A stretch of DNA of 64,000 bases. Source: Hydrogenophaga sp. (GTDB lineage: Bacteria > Pseudomonadota > Gammaproteobacteria > Burkholderiales > Burkholderiaceae_C). The stretch's first letter is position 1. Each line of letters opens with the position of its first letter. Below the pieces are notes generated by a model that was given only the letters and a program-made list of their open reading frames with translations, ran no database searches and was not told where the DNA came from. Shown piece after piece: positions 34,315 through 43,001 of the stretch. The translations under genes were made by a program, and so were the position numbers. The DNA is taken from positions 52,850 to 116,849 of the forward strand of contig NZ_JBFXCD010000002.1 in NCBI RefSeq assembly GCF_050182545.1. Direction: 5' to 3'.

Positions 34315-35889
34315 TCAACGAGGAGCGCGTCTTCTGGGCTGCAGCACCACCACGAGCAGGAGGCCGATGGCCACCATCAGCAACACGGCCGACACCGGCC
34401 GCTCGAGAAACACGAACCAGTCACCCCGCGAGAGCTGCAGGGCGCGGCGCAATTGTTCCTCGATGCCGGGCGCCAGCACGTAGCCCAGCAGCAAGGCCAC
34501 GCCCTCGCAACCCAGGCGCTGCAGCACGAACCCCAGCAGCCCCAGGCCCATGACCAGCCACACACCCCAGCCGTGTGGCCCCAGGGCGAGCGCGCCCAGG
34601 CCGGCGGCCACCAGCAGGGCGGTCAGCAGCGCGCGGCGCGGCACCTGCAGCACGCGCAGCAGTGTGGGTGTCCACCAGCGTGCCAGCGGCAGATTCAGCA
34701 GGAGCAGGAACAGATTTCCCACCCACATGGACAGCAACAGACCCCAGAAAACGGCCGGCTGCAGCGCCATCACCGACGGCCCGGGTTCGATGGCGTGCAA
34801 GCCCAGCGCACCCAGCAACAGCGCCATCACCGTGTTGGGCGGCACACCCAGCGCGAGCATCGGCAGGTAGGCGGTCTGGGCACCGGCGTTGTTCGCGGCT
34901 TCCGGCGCGGCCACGCCGCGCAGGTTGCCCTGCCCCAGCGTGGGCACGCGCTGGCGCGAGACCGCCGCTTCCATGCGGTACGCGGCCAGCGAGGCCAGCA
35001 GCGCACCACCGCCCGGCACCACCCCCAGCACCGAGCCCAGGCCGGTGCCGCGAAGCACGGCAGGCAAGGCGTCGCGCAGTTCGTCGCGCGTGGGCCGCGT
35101 GCCCAGGCCACCGAGCGCGCCCTTGTTTCCCGCGCCAAAGGCCGCGCCTTCAGCCGGTGGACTGGGCCTCGCATGGGTGGACAGCCCAGCCAGCTCAGCC
35201 GCCACCGGCGCCACCACGAAAAAGCCCAGCGCCAGCGCGATGAAGCCCACGCCATCGGTCAACCCCTGGCGATGGCCCATCCAGGGCTCCAGCCCCGTCG
35301 GCACAAAGCGCACGGACCCGGTCTGCGCGTCCCAGCCCACCAGCCCCAGCAGCAGGCCCAGCACCGTCATCGCCAGCGCCTTGAGAAAGGATCCCGAGGC
35401 GAGCACCGTGGCCCCCACCAGCCCCACCACCAGCACCAGGAAGCGCTCCGACGCACCGAACTGCAAGCCCGCCGAAACCACCCACGGCGCGAGCAGGATC
35501 ACGGCACCAATCGCCAGGCAACCGGCGACGAATGAACTCAGCGTGGCCGTGACCAGCGCCGCCCCGGCACGCCCCTGCAGCGCCAGCGGGTGCCCGTCGT
35601 GGCTGGTCATCACCGACGAGGCCTCGCCGGGCTGATCGAGCACGATGGCCGGCAGCGAGCCACCGTACTGGGCCCCGTAGTACACGCCGGCAAGCACCAG
35701 CAGCGCGGGCAGCGCTGGCAGGCCCAGCGTCGAGGGCAGCAGCAGTGCGATCGCGGCGACAGGCCCAAGCCCGGGCAGCACACCGAAGACGCTGCCCACC
35801 ACCACGCCAAGCGCGATCAGGCCCAGGGCCTGCCAGCCCCAGACGGCGCCCATCCCCGTTGCCAGCGCGTCCCACCAGGCCATGTCCAT
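34315..35889 (-). CDS. tctA: tripartite tricarboxylate transporter large permease
   Basis: ORF 34315..36024. The start is MDMAWWDALATGMG (35889), 22 nt after the tctB stop. Confidence 0.85.
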   Translation of the reverse strand: MDMAWWDALATGMGAVWGWQALGLIALGVVVGSVFGVLPGLGPVAAIALLLPSTLGLPALPALLVLAGVYYGAQYGGSLPAIVLDQPGEASSVMTSHDGHPLALQGRAGAALVTATLSSFVAGCLAIGAVILLAPWVVSAGLQFGASERFLVLVVGLVGATVLASGSFLKALAMTVLGLLLGLVGWDAQTGSVRFVPTGLEPWMGHRQGLTDGVGFIALALGFFVVAPVAAELAGLSTHARPSPPAEGAAFGAGNKGALGGLGTRPTRDELRDALPAVLRGTGLGSVLGVVPGGGALLASLAAYRMEAAVSRQRVPTLGQGNLRGVAAPEAANNAGAQTAYLPMLALGVPPNTVMALLLGALGLHAIEPGPSVMALQPAVFWGLLLSMWVGNLFLLLLNLPLARWWTPTLLRVLQVPRRALLTALLVAAGLGALALGPHGWGVWLVMGLGLLGFVLQRLGCEGVALLLGYVLAPGIEEQLRRALQLSRGDWFVFLERPVSAVLLMVAIGLLLVVVLQPRRRAPR

Positions 35890-35911
35890 GTGTGTCGGCC
35901 CCCGACCGTGC

Positions 35912-36427
35912 TCAGTGCCCAGGCGGCCAGGCGGGCCACAAGGGTACAGACAAACCCAGGGGTCCGATCCAGATGGCGCAGGCCAGCGCAGCCAGCCCAA
36001 GTGACCACCCCCACTCGCGTCCACGGCCCTCGGGCCGCACCGGGCCGGCGCGCATCACGGCCAGCACCAACCCCGCCACGCCCGCCACCAGGCCCGGCAC
36101 CGGCCAGTCCGACAGCCAGGTACCCACCCAGGGCCACTGCGCGGGCCCGCAGCAAAAAGCCAGCCACAAAAGGCCTGCGAGCACGCGCGCCATCGGGCCG
36201 ACCCCCCAGCGCGCCACCCGCCCCTGACCCAGTGCCTCGAAAGTCAGTGCCTTGAACAGGATGAGCGCGCCCAGCAGCGCGAGCAACAGGCCCAGCATCA
36301 GTGGCACGTATCCGGGGCCCATGTCGCGCGCCGCGCCAACAGGGTGCCCCGATGCCACCCAGACAGCAGCGATGCCCATCCCGAGGAACACCAGCCCGGC
36401 GAGGAAGTCCTGCAGGTTCTTGATCAT
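35912..36427 (-). CDS. tctB: tripartite tricarboxylate transporter small subunit
   Basis: ORF 35912..36427 is a small 4-TM protein, MIKNLQDFLAGLVFLGMGIAAVW. Confidence 0.7.
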   Translation of the reverse strand: MIKNLQDFLAGLVFLGMGIAAVWVASGHPVGAARDMGPGYVPLMLGLLLALLGALILFKALTFEALGQGRVARWGVGPMARVLAGLLWLAFCCGPAQWPWVGTWLSDWPVPGLVAGVAGLVLAVMRAGPVRPEGRGREWGWSLGLAALACAIWIGPLGLSVPLWPAWPPGH

Positions 36428-36452
36428 GGAATGGCGCGGCCTCGCTGTCGGC

Positions 36453-38267
36453 TCACTGCACGGGCGGCGTGCACGCCAGCACCTCGTCCATGGTGGTCAG
36501 GCCCTCGGCCACGCGCGCCGCGCCACCGAGGCGCAGCGGGCGCATGCCGTCCTGCACGGCCTGCCGGCGCAGGGCATCGAGCACGGGTTCGCGGCTGACC
36601 TTGTCCTTGAAAGCCTCGGTCACCGTGAGCAGTTCGTACAGACCCATGCGACCGCGAAACCCGGTCATGCGGCAATCGACGCAACCCACCGGTTGGTACG
36701 GCCGGTAGCTGCCGCTGACCTGCCAGGGCCTGACCAGCTCGGTCAGGGTCGCGCGCGACGTGGCGGCTTCGTCCTTGCCCTGCGGCTTGCGGCACGCCGG
36801 ACACAGCGTGCGCACCAGGCGCTGCGCGAGCACACCGAGCACGGTGGCGTTGATCAGGTAAGGCGGGATGCCCAGTTCCATCAGTCGCATGATGGCCGAG
36901 GGCGCGTCGTTGGTGTGCAGCGTGGTGAACACCAGGTGCCCGGTGAGCGCGGCCTGCACCGCCATCTCGGCGGTGGCCAGGTCGCGGATCTCGCCGACCA
37001 TGATGATGTCCGGGTCCTGGCGCATCAGCGAGCGCAGGCCCTGCGCGAAATCGAGGTCCAGGTGCGGCTGCACCTGGGTCTGGTTGAAGGCCGGCTCGAT
37101 CATCTCGATCGGGTCTTCCACCGTGCTCACGTTCACCTCTTCCGTGGCCAGGCGCTTGAGCGTGGCGTACAGCGTGGTGGTCTTGCCCGAACCGGTGGGG
37201 CCGGTCACCAGCACGATGCCGTGCGGTTGCTTCGTGAGGCCTTCCCAGCGCTGCGCGTCGTGCGCGGCAAAGCCGAGCGCGCTGAGGTCCTTCACCGTCG
37301 ACTCGGGGTCGAAGATGCGCATGACCAGCTTTTCGCCAAAGGCCGTCGGCAGCGTGGACAGGCGCATCTCCACCTCGTCGCCTCGTGCTCCCCCCACGCC
37401 CGGGCGCAGTGTCTTGATGCGCCCGTCCTGCGGGCGGCGGCGTTCGACCACGTCCATGCGGCCGAGCAGCTTGATGCGCGCGGTCATCGCGTTCATCACG
37501 CCAATGGGCATCTGGTAGACCGGGTGCAGCACACCGTCGATGCGGAAGCGGATCACGCCCTGTTCGCGCCGCGGCTCCAGGTGGATGTCGCTGGCGCGCT
37601 GGTCGAAGGCGTACTGCCAGAGCCAATCCACCACCTGCACCACGCCCTGGTCGTTGGCGTCGAGTTGCTTGTTGGCCTTGCCCAGTTCGACCAGTTGCTC
37701 GAAGCTGCCGAAGCCGCCCTGCCCGCCGCTCTTGCTGGCCGCGCGCACCGACTTGGCCAGTGCAAAGAATTCGCCGGTGAAGCTGCTGATGGCCTGCGGG
37801 CTGGCCAGCACCAGGCGCACGGTGCGCCGCGTCTGGCGCTCCACCTCGGGCACCCAGTCGCGGATGAAGGGCTCGGCCGTGGCCACCACCACCTCGGTCG
37901 GGCTCACCAGAACCGGCAACACCTTGTGGCGCTCGGCGTAGGCCGCGCTCATCACGTCGGCCACCTTGCCCACGTCGACCTTGAGCGGGTCGATGCGCAT
38001 GTATTCCAGACCGCTGCGCCGGGCCAGCCACTGCGTGAGCGCCTCGACATCGAGCAGGTGCTGGTCGGACGCGCGCGACATGCCCACCACCGAAAGGCGC
38101 TGCAGCGGGTGCTGCGAGCTGTGCGCGGACGCGCAACGCGCGGTGGTGCGCTCGGCCTCTTCGGGCGAGATCACGCCATCCGCGCGCAACCAGCCCACCA
38201 GCGTGCGCCAGTCCAGTGGTCCTTCCATGTGCCTGGCTTCGGGTTTCTGCGGGGTCGATGTCTTCAT
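36453..38267 (-). CDS. GspE/PilB-family secretion ATPase (orphan)
   Basis: ORF 36453..38504. The start is MKTSTPQK (38267). It contains the Walker A motif GPTGSGKTT, DPDIIMVGEIRD, and the tetracysteine motif CPAC...CVDC. Confidence 0.85.
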   Translation of the reverse strand: MKTSTPQKPEARHMEGPLDWRTLVGWLRADGVISPEEAERTTARCASAHSSQHPLQRLSVVGMSRASDQHLLDVEALTQWLARRSGLEYMRIDPLKVDVGKVADVMSAAYAERHKVLPVLVSPTEVVVATAEPFIRDWVPEVERQTRRTVRLVLASPQAISSFTGEFFALAKSVRAASKSGGQGGFGSFEQLVELGKANKQLDANDQGVVQVVDWLWQYAFDQRASDIHLEPRREQGVIRFRIDGVLHPVYQMPIGVMNAMTARIKLLGRMDVVERRRPQDGRIKTLRPGVGGARGDEVEMRLSTLPTAFGEKLVMRIFDPESTVKDLSALGFAAHDAQRWEGLTKQPHGIVLVTGPTGSGKTTTLYATLKRLATEEVNVSTVEDPIEMIEPAFNQTQVQPHLDLDFAQGLRSLMRQDPDIIMVGEIRDLATAEMAVQAALTGHLVFTTLHTNDAPSAIMRLMELGIPPYLINATVLGVLAQRLVRTLCPACRKPQGKDEAATSRATLTELVRPWQVSGSYRPYQPVGCVDCRMTGFRGRMGLYELLTVTEAFKDKVSREPVLDALRRQAVQDGMRPLRLGGAARVAEGLTTMDEVLACTPPVQ

Positions 38268-38274
38268 GCGGCGA

Positions 38275-39057
38275 TCAGGATACCGCCTTGAACAGGCGCA
38301 ACCACTTCTCGGCGGGTAAACCCCAGCGCGCCTGCACCGTTTCGGCGCGCGCCAGCAGGGCCATGCGCGTCGGTCGCCCGGCCGTGCGTTGGGCCAGCAC
38401 CACGGTGTTGCCTTCGCGCGTCGGCTTGAAAGCCCAGACCGCGTCGGTGCCGAACGCGGCGCAGATGCCCTGCAGGGAGCGTTCGTAACTGGCGTCACGG
38501 CCAAACAGATTGACGGTCAGGCACCCGTCGTCGGTGAGGGCGTTGCGGCAGTCGGCATAAAAGTCGGGGCTGTCGAGCACTGGCGCGGCGGCCTCGTGGT
38601 CGTAGAGGTCGACCTGCAGTGCGTCGTAGACGCCCACGTGCGCGGCGCGCCGGATTTCCTCGCCCGCATCGGCCAGCAGCACGCGCAGGCGTGGTCCGTC
38701 CGGTGGCAGCTTGAACCACTGCCTGCACACCGCGAGCACCTGTGGGTTGATCTCGATCGCCGTGGTGTCCATGCGCAGCTTCTTGAAGCAGAACTTGGTG
38801 AGCGCGGCCGAGCCCAGGCCCAGTTGCAGCGCGCGGCGCTTGCCGACCGAATCGGCATCGACGAACAGCAGCCAGGCCATCATGCGCTGGACGTAGTCGA
38901 GCTCGATGTCGAACGGCGCATCCAGCAGCATCGAACCCTGGATCCATTCGGTGCCCAGGTGCAGGAAGCGCACCTCGCCGTCCTCGGAGATGGTCACCTC
39001 GGGCAGGGTCTGCGCCGCGCGGCGTTGCCGTGCGGCGGCGTTGGCACCGGCCTTCAT
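38275..39057 (-). CDS. spermidine synthase-fold SAM-dependent methyltransferase-like protein
   Basis: ORF 38275..39057 contains LQLGLGSAALTKF...AIEINPQV...VDLYD. Confidence 0.7.
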   Translation of the reverse strand: MKAGANAAARQRRAAQTLPEVTISEDGEVRFLHLGTEWIQGSMLLDAPFDIELDYVQRMMAWLLFVDADSVGKRRALQLGLGSAALTKFCFKKLRMDTTAIEINPQVLAVCRQWFKLPPDGPRLRVLLADAGEEIRRAAHVGVYDALQVDLYDHEAAAPVLDSPDFYADCRNALTDDGCLTVNLFGRDASYERSLQGICAAFGTDAVWAFKPTREGNTVVLAQRTAGRPTRMALLARAETVQARWGLPAEKWLRLFKAVS

Positions 39058-39200
39058 GCGACGAAACCTTCCTCACAATTCGCGCGTCTGGCGCACAATC
39101 CGCCGACCATGGAGGGCAGGGTATCGAGGAAGGTATCCGTGAACCCGGATGGTTGGGGCGAGTGCTGCATCTCATTTTGTGAACTTGAGGAGGAACGATT

Positions 39201-40016
39201 ATGAACACGGAAGTCATCTGGAACTTTCTCGTCACTCAGGGCGCCGACTTCGGGCTCAAGGTGCTGGGCGCCATCGCGGCGTGGATCGTCGGGCGCTGGT
39301 TGATCGGCGTGGCGGTGGGCCTGATCGGGCGGGCGATGGAAAGAGGCCGCAAGCTCGACGAGACCTTGATCCGCTACCTCAAGTCGATCATTTCGGTGTT
39401 GCTGACGATCGTCCTGATCCTCGCGATCCTGGACATCTTCGGCGTGCGCACCACCTCCTTCGCGGCCCTGCTGGCTGGCGCAGGCCTGGCCATCGGCGTG
39501 GCCTGGAGCGGCATGCTGGCGAATTTCGCGGCCGGCATCTTTCTGCAGGTGTTGCGGCCCTACAAGGTGGGCGACTTCATCAGCGCCGGTGGCACGACGG
39601 GCACCGTGAAGGAGCTCGGCCTGTTCGCCACCACCATCCTCACGCCCGACAACGTGACGACGATCGTGGGGAACAACAAGGTGTTCTCCGACAACATCCA
39701 GAACTTCAGCCAGGAGCCGTTCCGCCGCGTGGACTGCCTGGCGAAGGTGGCCAACAGCGTGGACGTGAACGACGCGATGGCGCGGTTGCGCAAGGCGGTG
39801 GCCGCGATTCCCAACGTGGTCGCATCGCCCGCGCCGGATGTGGAGATCCTGCAGTTCACGCCCGAGGGCCCGTTGCTGTGCGTGCGCCCTTACACGCACA
39901 CCGACCACTACTGGCAGGTCTACTTCGACACGCACAAGGCGGTGGTGAGCACGTTCGGTGCCGCGGGGTACCCGGTGCCCGAGACGCCTGTGCTGCATCG
40001 CACTGTTTCTGCCTGA
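39201..40016 (+). CDS. small-conductance mechanosensitive channel (MscS family)
   Basis: ORF 39201..40016 has a GAGGAGGA SD and the MscS beta-domain motif VGDFISAGGTTGTVKELGLFATT. Confidence 0.85.
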   Translation: MNTEVIWNFLVTQGADFGLKVLGAIAAWIVGRWLIGVAVGLIGRAMERGRKLDETLIRYLKSIISVLLTIVLILAILDIFGVRTTSFAALLAGAGLAIGVAWSGMLANFAAGIFLQVLRPYKVGDFISAGGTTGTVKELGLFATTILTPDNVTTIVGNNKVFSDNIQNFSQEPFRRVDCLAKVANSVDVNDAMARLRKAVAAIPNVVASPAPDVEILQFTPEGPLLCVRPYTHTDHYWQVYFDTHKAVVSTFGAAGYPVPETPVLHRTVSA

Positions 40017-40040
40017 CTGCTTGGATTTTCTTCGGCTGCT

Positions 40041-40152
40041 TCCTGTCGTTCCGGCGTAGGGTGACCGACTCCGCTCATGTCCCCCGAACCGGCTGCGCCG
40101 GTTCTCCTCCTTGACTTCGCTGCGTCGATCACCCTACGCCGGAACGACAGGA
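40041..40152. repeat. nested-palindrome element A1 (29-bp arms plus 54-nt core; pyrimidine-rich core version on the + strand)
   Basis: Arms 40041-40069 and 40124-40152 pair at 28 of 29 positions. The core (40070-40123) has an inner hairpin, GAACCGG-CTGCG-CCGGTTC. Confidence 0.75.
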
Positions 40153-40188
40153 TTGGCGCGCGAACAGCTTGAGTGCCCGCATCTCCTT

Positions 40189-40289
40189 GGCTCGCTGCGC
40201 CGGGGCACTCTGCAGAGCGAAGTCAAGGAGGAGGCGGCACCAGCCGCCGGGGGACATGAGCGGCGCAGAGCGCCCAGGTGCAGTGAGCC
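40189..40289. repeat. nested-palindrome element A2 (25-bp arms plus 51-nt core; purine-rich core version on the + strand)
   Basis: Arms 40189-40213 and 40265-40289 form 21 WC plus 2 G:T pairs out of 25. The core contains GAAGTCAAGGAGGAG, a GCGGC/GCCGC hairpin and GGGGGACATGAGCGG. Confidence 0.65.
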
Positions 40290-40316
40290 CGCGAGGTCCA
40301 CCGAGCGAAGCCCGCG

Positions 40317-40814
40317 CTAAGCCACCACCCCATGCCGGCGCAACACCTCGGCCCAGGCCGCCAGCTTGCGGTCGAAACGCCAGCTCGCGTTCGCCGGACT
40401 CGTGGACGGCAGCTTGTAGACCGGCACGCCCAGCTTCTCGGTGTGCCGCGCGTGCCGAAAGCTCTCGCCCCCGTTGTGCGCAATCGCGCCCAGCTTCGGG
40501 CAATGCCAGCGCACCACTGAAAAATCGTTGAGCTCCGCGTTCCGGATGTCCACATCCAGGCTGCCTTCGCGCTCGCAGGCTCCGTAAACGTCCCACACGC
40601 CCAGCCCATGGGCCAGCAGTGCCTCCACGCGCTCGGCGTAGCCCATGGCCGGCAGCGGAATCGCCCACAGGGCGCCGAGGATCTTCCAGAAATGGTTCTG
40701 CGGATGGCCGTAGTACTGCTGCTCACGCAGCGAGGCCGCACCCGGAAAGCTGCCGAGCACCAGCACGCGCGTGTTCGCGTCCAGCACCGGCGCAAGCCCC
40801 TGCAGCCGGTTCAT
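40317..40814 (-). CDS. UDG-superfamily DNA glycosylase (hypoxanthine/deoxyinosine glycosylase-like)
   Basis: ORF 40317..40814 contains VLVLGSFPGAASLREQQYYGHPQNHFW. Confidence 0.7.
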   Translation of the reverse strand: MNRLQGLAPVLDANTRVLVLGSFPGAASLREQQYYGHPQNHFWKILGALWAIPLPAMGYAERVEALLAHGLGVWDVYGACEREGSLDVDIRNAELNDFSVVRWHCPKLGAIAHNGGESFRHARHTEKLGVPVYKLPSTSPANASWRFDRKLAAWAEVLRRHGVVA

Positions 40815-41656
40815 GCCGCCCCCTCCAACGCCGCCAGGCGAGGCAAGGCGGCCAGCGCATTGCTCGTGGTGACCGCTTCCAGTTCACCGGCCGGCATGCC
40901 GCGCAGTGCCGCCACCACCGCACCGATGCGCGGCAGCTCCACCGGGCTGTTGACACCTTGCGCCCGACCGACTGCGCGCTCGGCCGCCGTCACGTACAGC
41001 CATTGCGGCGGAATGTCGGGTGCGTCGGTCTCCAGCACCAGCGCGGACAGGGGCAGGTCGGCCGCGAGCCGGCGCAGCTGCCGCGCGGGCTCGAAGGTAC
41101 AGGCCCCGCCAAACCCCAGCTTGAAGCCCATGTCCAGGAAGGCCTGCGCCTGCTGTGTGCTGCCATTGAATGCGTGCGCAATCCCTGCGCCGGTCGGCAG
41201 CTCGCGCAGGTGCTTGAGCAACTGGTCGGCACTGCGCCGCACGTGCACGATCACGGGCAGGCCATGCTGGCGCGCCAGACGCAGCTGCGCGCGATAGAAG
41301 AAAGCCTGGCGCTCGCGCATCGCGGGCGTGCACAGCGCGGGCACGAAGAAGTCCAGCCCGATCTCGCCCACGGCCACCAGGCGCGGGTCGTCGCGGAGCT
41401 CGGTCAACGCGGCGTCCAGCGCGGCCAGGTCGTCGTCCTGCGCGTTCGGCACGCACAGCGGGTGGATGCCCAGCGCATAGGCGTCGCCGGTGCGGTGCGC
41501 GAGAGCGCGCACTGTGTCGAAGTTGGACCGCTCGACCGCCGGGATCACGCACAGGCCCACACCCGCCGCGGCTGCGCGTTTGCGCAGCGTGGACGCGAGC
41601 GCGTGATCGGCACCGAACTCGGGCGCATCCAGATGGCAGTGAGTGTCGATCCACAT
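40811..41656 (-). CDS. TatD-family metal-dependent hydrolase
   Basis: ORF 40811..41713. The start is MWIDTHCHLDAPEF. It overlaps the downstream start by 4 nt. Confidence 0.85.
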   Translation of the reverse strand: MWIDTHCHLDAPEFGADHALASTLRKRAAAAGVGLCVIPAVERSNFDTVRALAHRTGDAYALGIHPLCVPNAQDDDLAALDAALTELRDDPRLVAVGEIGLDFFVPALCTPAMRERQAFFYRAQLRLARQHGLPVIVHVRRSADQLLKHLRELPTGAGIAHAFNGSTQQAQAFLDMGFKLGFGGACTFEPARQLRRLAADLPLSALVLETDAPDIPPQWLYVTAAERAVGRAQGVNSPVELPRIGAVVAALRGMPAGELEAVTTSNALAALPRLAALEGAA

Positions 41657-41728
41657 GGCGGTATAACGGCACATTGTGCCGACAAGCGCAGGCCCGCCCC
41701 AGGCGGTCCCCACTCGAAGGATTTCACC

Positions 41729-42169
41729 ATGTCATCGACGCCTTCTTCGCCTCTCAGCCGCCTTGCCTGGCTCGTCGCCCCCGCGCTGGCGCTGCTCAAC
41801 GCCTGCGCCATGCCCGGCGCTCCCACCCCCGCGCCGCTGGTGGGCAGCGAATGGCAGCTCGAAGACCTGGGTGGGCGCGGCGTGCTCGACCGCGTGCAGG
41901 CCACGCTGGCCTTTCCCGAAGCCGGGCGCGTGGCGGGCAACGGTTCGTGCAACCGCTTCTTCGGTACCTACACGCTGATGCAGGACCGCATCTCGCTGGG
42001 CCCGATGGGCGGCACGCGCATGGCCTGTGACGAGGCCGTGAGCGATCAGGAAGCGCGGTACATGGCGGCGCTGCAGAAGGCCCAGCGGCTGGAGGTCCAG
42101 GGCACGACCATGCTCATGCACGTGCAGGGCCAGGACAAGCCGCTGCGCTTCACGCGAACAAATCCCTGA
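41729..42169 (+). CDS. META-domain (HslJ-like) lipoprotein
   Basis: This is the tail of ORF 40619..42169. MSSTPSSPLSRLAWLVAPALALLNAC carries a lipobox. It contains GNGSCNRFFGTY. Confidence 0.75.
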   Translation: MSSTPSSPLSRLAWLVAPALALLNACAMPGAPTPAPLVGSEWQLEDLGGRGVLDRVQATLAFPEAGRVAGNGSCNRFFGTYTLMQDRISLGPMGGTRMACDEAVSDQEARYMAALQKAQRLEVQGTTMLMHVQGQDKPLRFTRTNP

Positions 42170-42250
42170 GCCCCCACGCTCTGCCGCTCTGCGGGTCGCT
42201 GCGCTCCGTGGGGGCTGGTCCGCCTTGGGAGTGCCCCGGCGGCGGATCGC
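42170..42250. repeat. GC-rich palindromic repeat downstream of lolD
   Basis: A hairpin GCCCCCACG/CGTGGGGGC spans 42170-42215. The reverse complement of this block resembles 42927-43001. Confidence 0.4.
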
Positions 42251-42251
42251 C

Positions 42252-42926
42252 TCAGGTCAGCACACCCGCCGTCAGGCGCAGCACGCGGGCGCAGCGCGTG
42301 GCCAGTGCCTCGTCGTGCGTGACGACGACGAAGGCGGTGCCCTGGTCGCGCGCAAGTTCCAGCATCAGCTGGAACACGCCTTCGGCGGTGCCGCGGTCGA
42401 GGTTGCCGGTGGGTTCGTCGGCGAGCACGCAGGCCGGCTGCGTGACCAGCGCCCGAGCGATCGCCACGCGCTGGCGTTCACCGCCCGAGAGCTCGGCCGG
42501 CCGGTGGTGCAGGCGCTCGCCCAGGCCCACGCGCGCCAGCATCTTCGTGGCCTGCTCCGCGGCCTCGGCGCGTGGCAGGCGGCGGATCCACAGCGGCATG
42601 GCCACGTTGTCGCGCGCGCTGAACTCGGGCAGCAGGTGGTGGAACTGGTAGACAAAGCCGAGGTGCCGGTTGCGCAATTCGCCTTGCTGTGTGGCGCTCA
42701 GGCCCGACATCGCCTGCCCCATGAGCTGCACGCTGCCGCTGGTGGGCGCGTCCAGCCCACCGAGAAGGTGCAGCAGCGTGCTCTTGCCCGATCCTGAGGC
42801 GCCGACAATGGCCACCGTCTCGCCCGCGCTCACCGTCAGGTCCACCCCGGTGAGCACCGTGACATCAAGACGGCCTTCGTGGAAGCGTTTGGTGAGGCCT
42901 TCGGCCTGAAGTACGGTTGGTGTCAT
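42252..42926 (-). CDS. lolD: lipoprotein-releasing ABC transporter ATP-binding protein
   Basis: ORF 42252..42965. The start is [15 protein letters not shown]. It contains [18 protein letters not shown]. Confidence 0.9.
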   Translation of the reverse strand: MTPTVLQAEGLTKRFHEGRLDVTVLTGVDLTVSAGETVAIVGASGSGKSTLLHLLGGLDAPTSGSVQLMGQAMSGLSATQQGELRNRHLGFVYQFHHLLPEFSARDNVAMPLWIRRLPRAEAAEQATKMLARVGLGERLHHRPAELSGGERQRVAIARALVTQPACVLADEPTGNLDRGTAEGVFQLMLELARDQGTAFVVVTHDEALATRCARVLRLTAGVLT

Positions 42927-43001
42927 AGGGGTTTCGCCGCCGGGCCGCTCCAAGGCGAAACGCACCCTCCTGGGGGGCAGCGGCGAAGCGTGGGGGCCAC
43001 G
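42927..43001. repeat. GC-rich palindromic repeat between lolC/E and lolD
   Basis: A hairpin GTTTCGCC/GGCGAAAC spans 42931-42961. The tail GCGGCGAAGCGTGGGGGC resembles the reverse complement of 42170-42190. Confidence 0.4.

Noticed and set aside
32620-35535. A 971-aa plus-strand ORF.
   Set aside because: It runs antisense across four separate, well-supported minus-strand genes (SDR, DMT transporter, tctA, and the spacer regions between them). It cannot be a single real gene.
34315-36427. tctB-tctA without an adjacent tctC binding-protein gene, considered as an anomaly.
   Set aside because: Burkholderiales genomes are known to carry many unlinked TctC/Bug-family binding-protein genes, so an absent neighbour is not informative.
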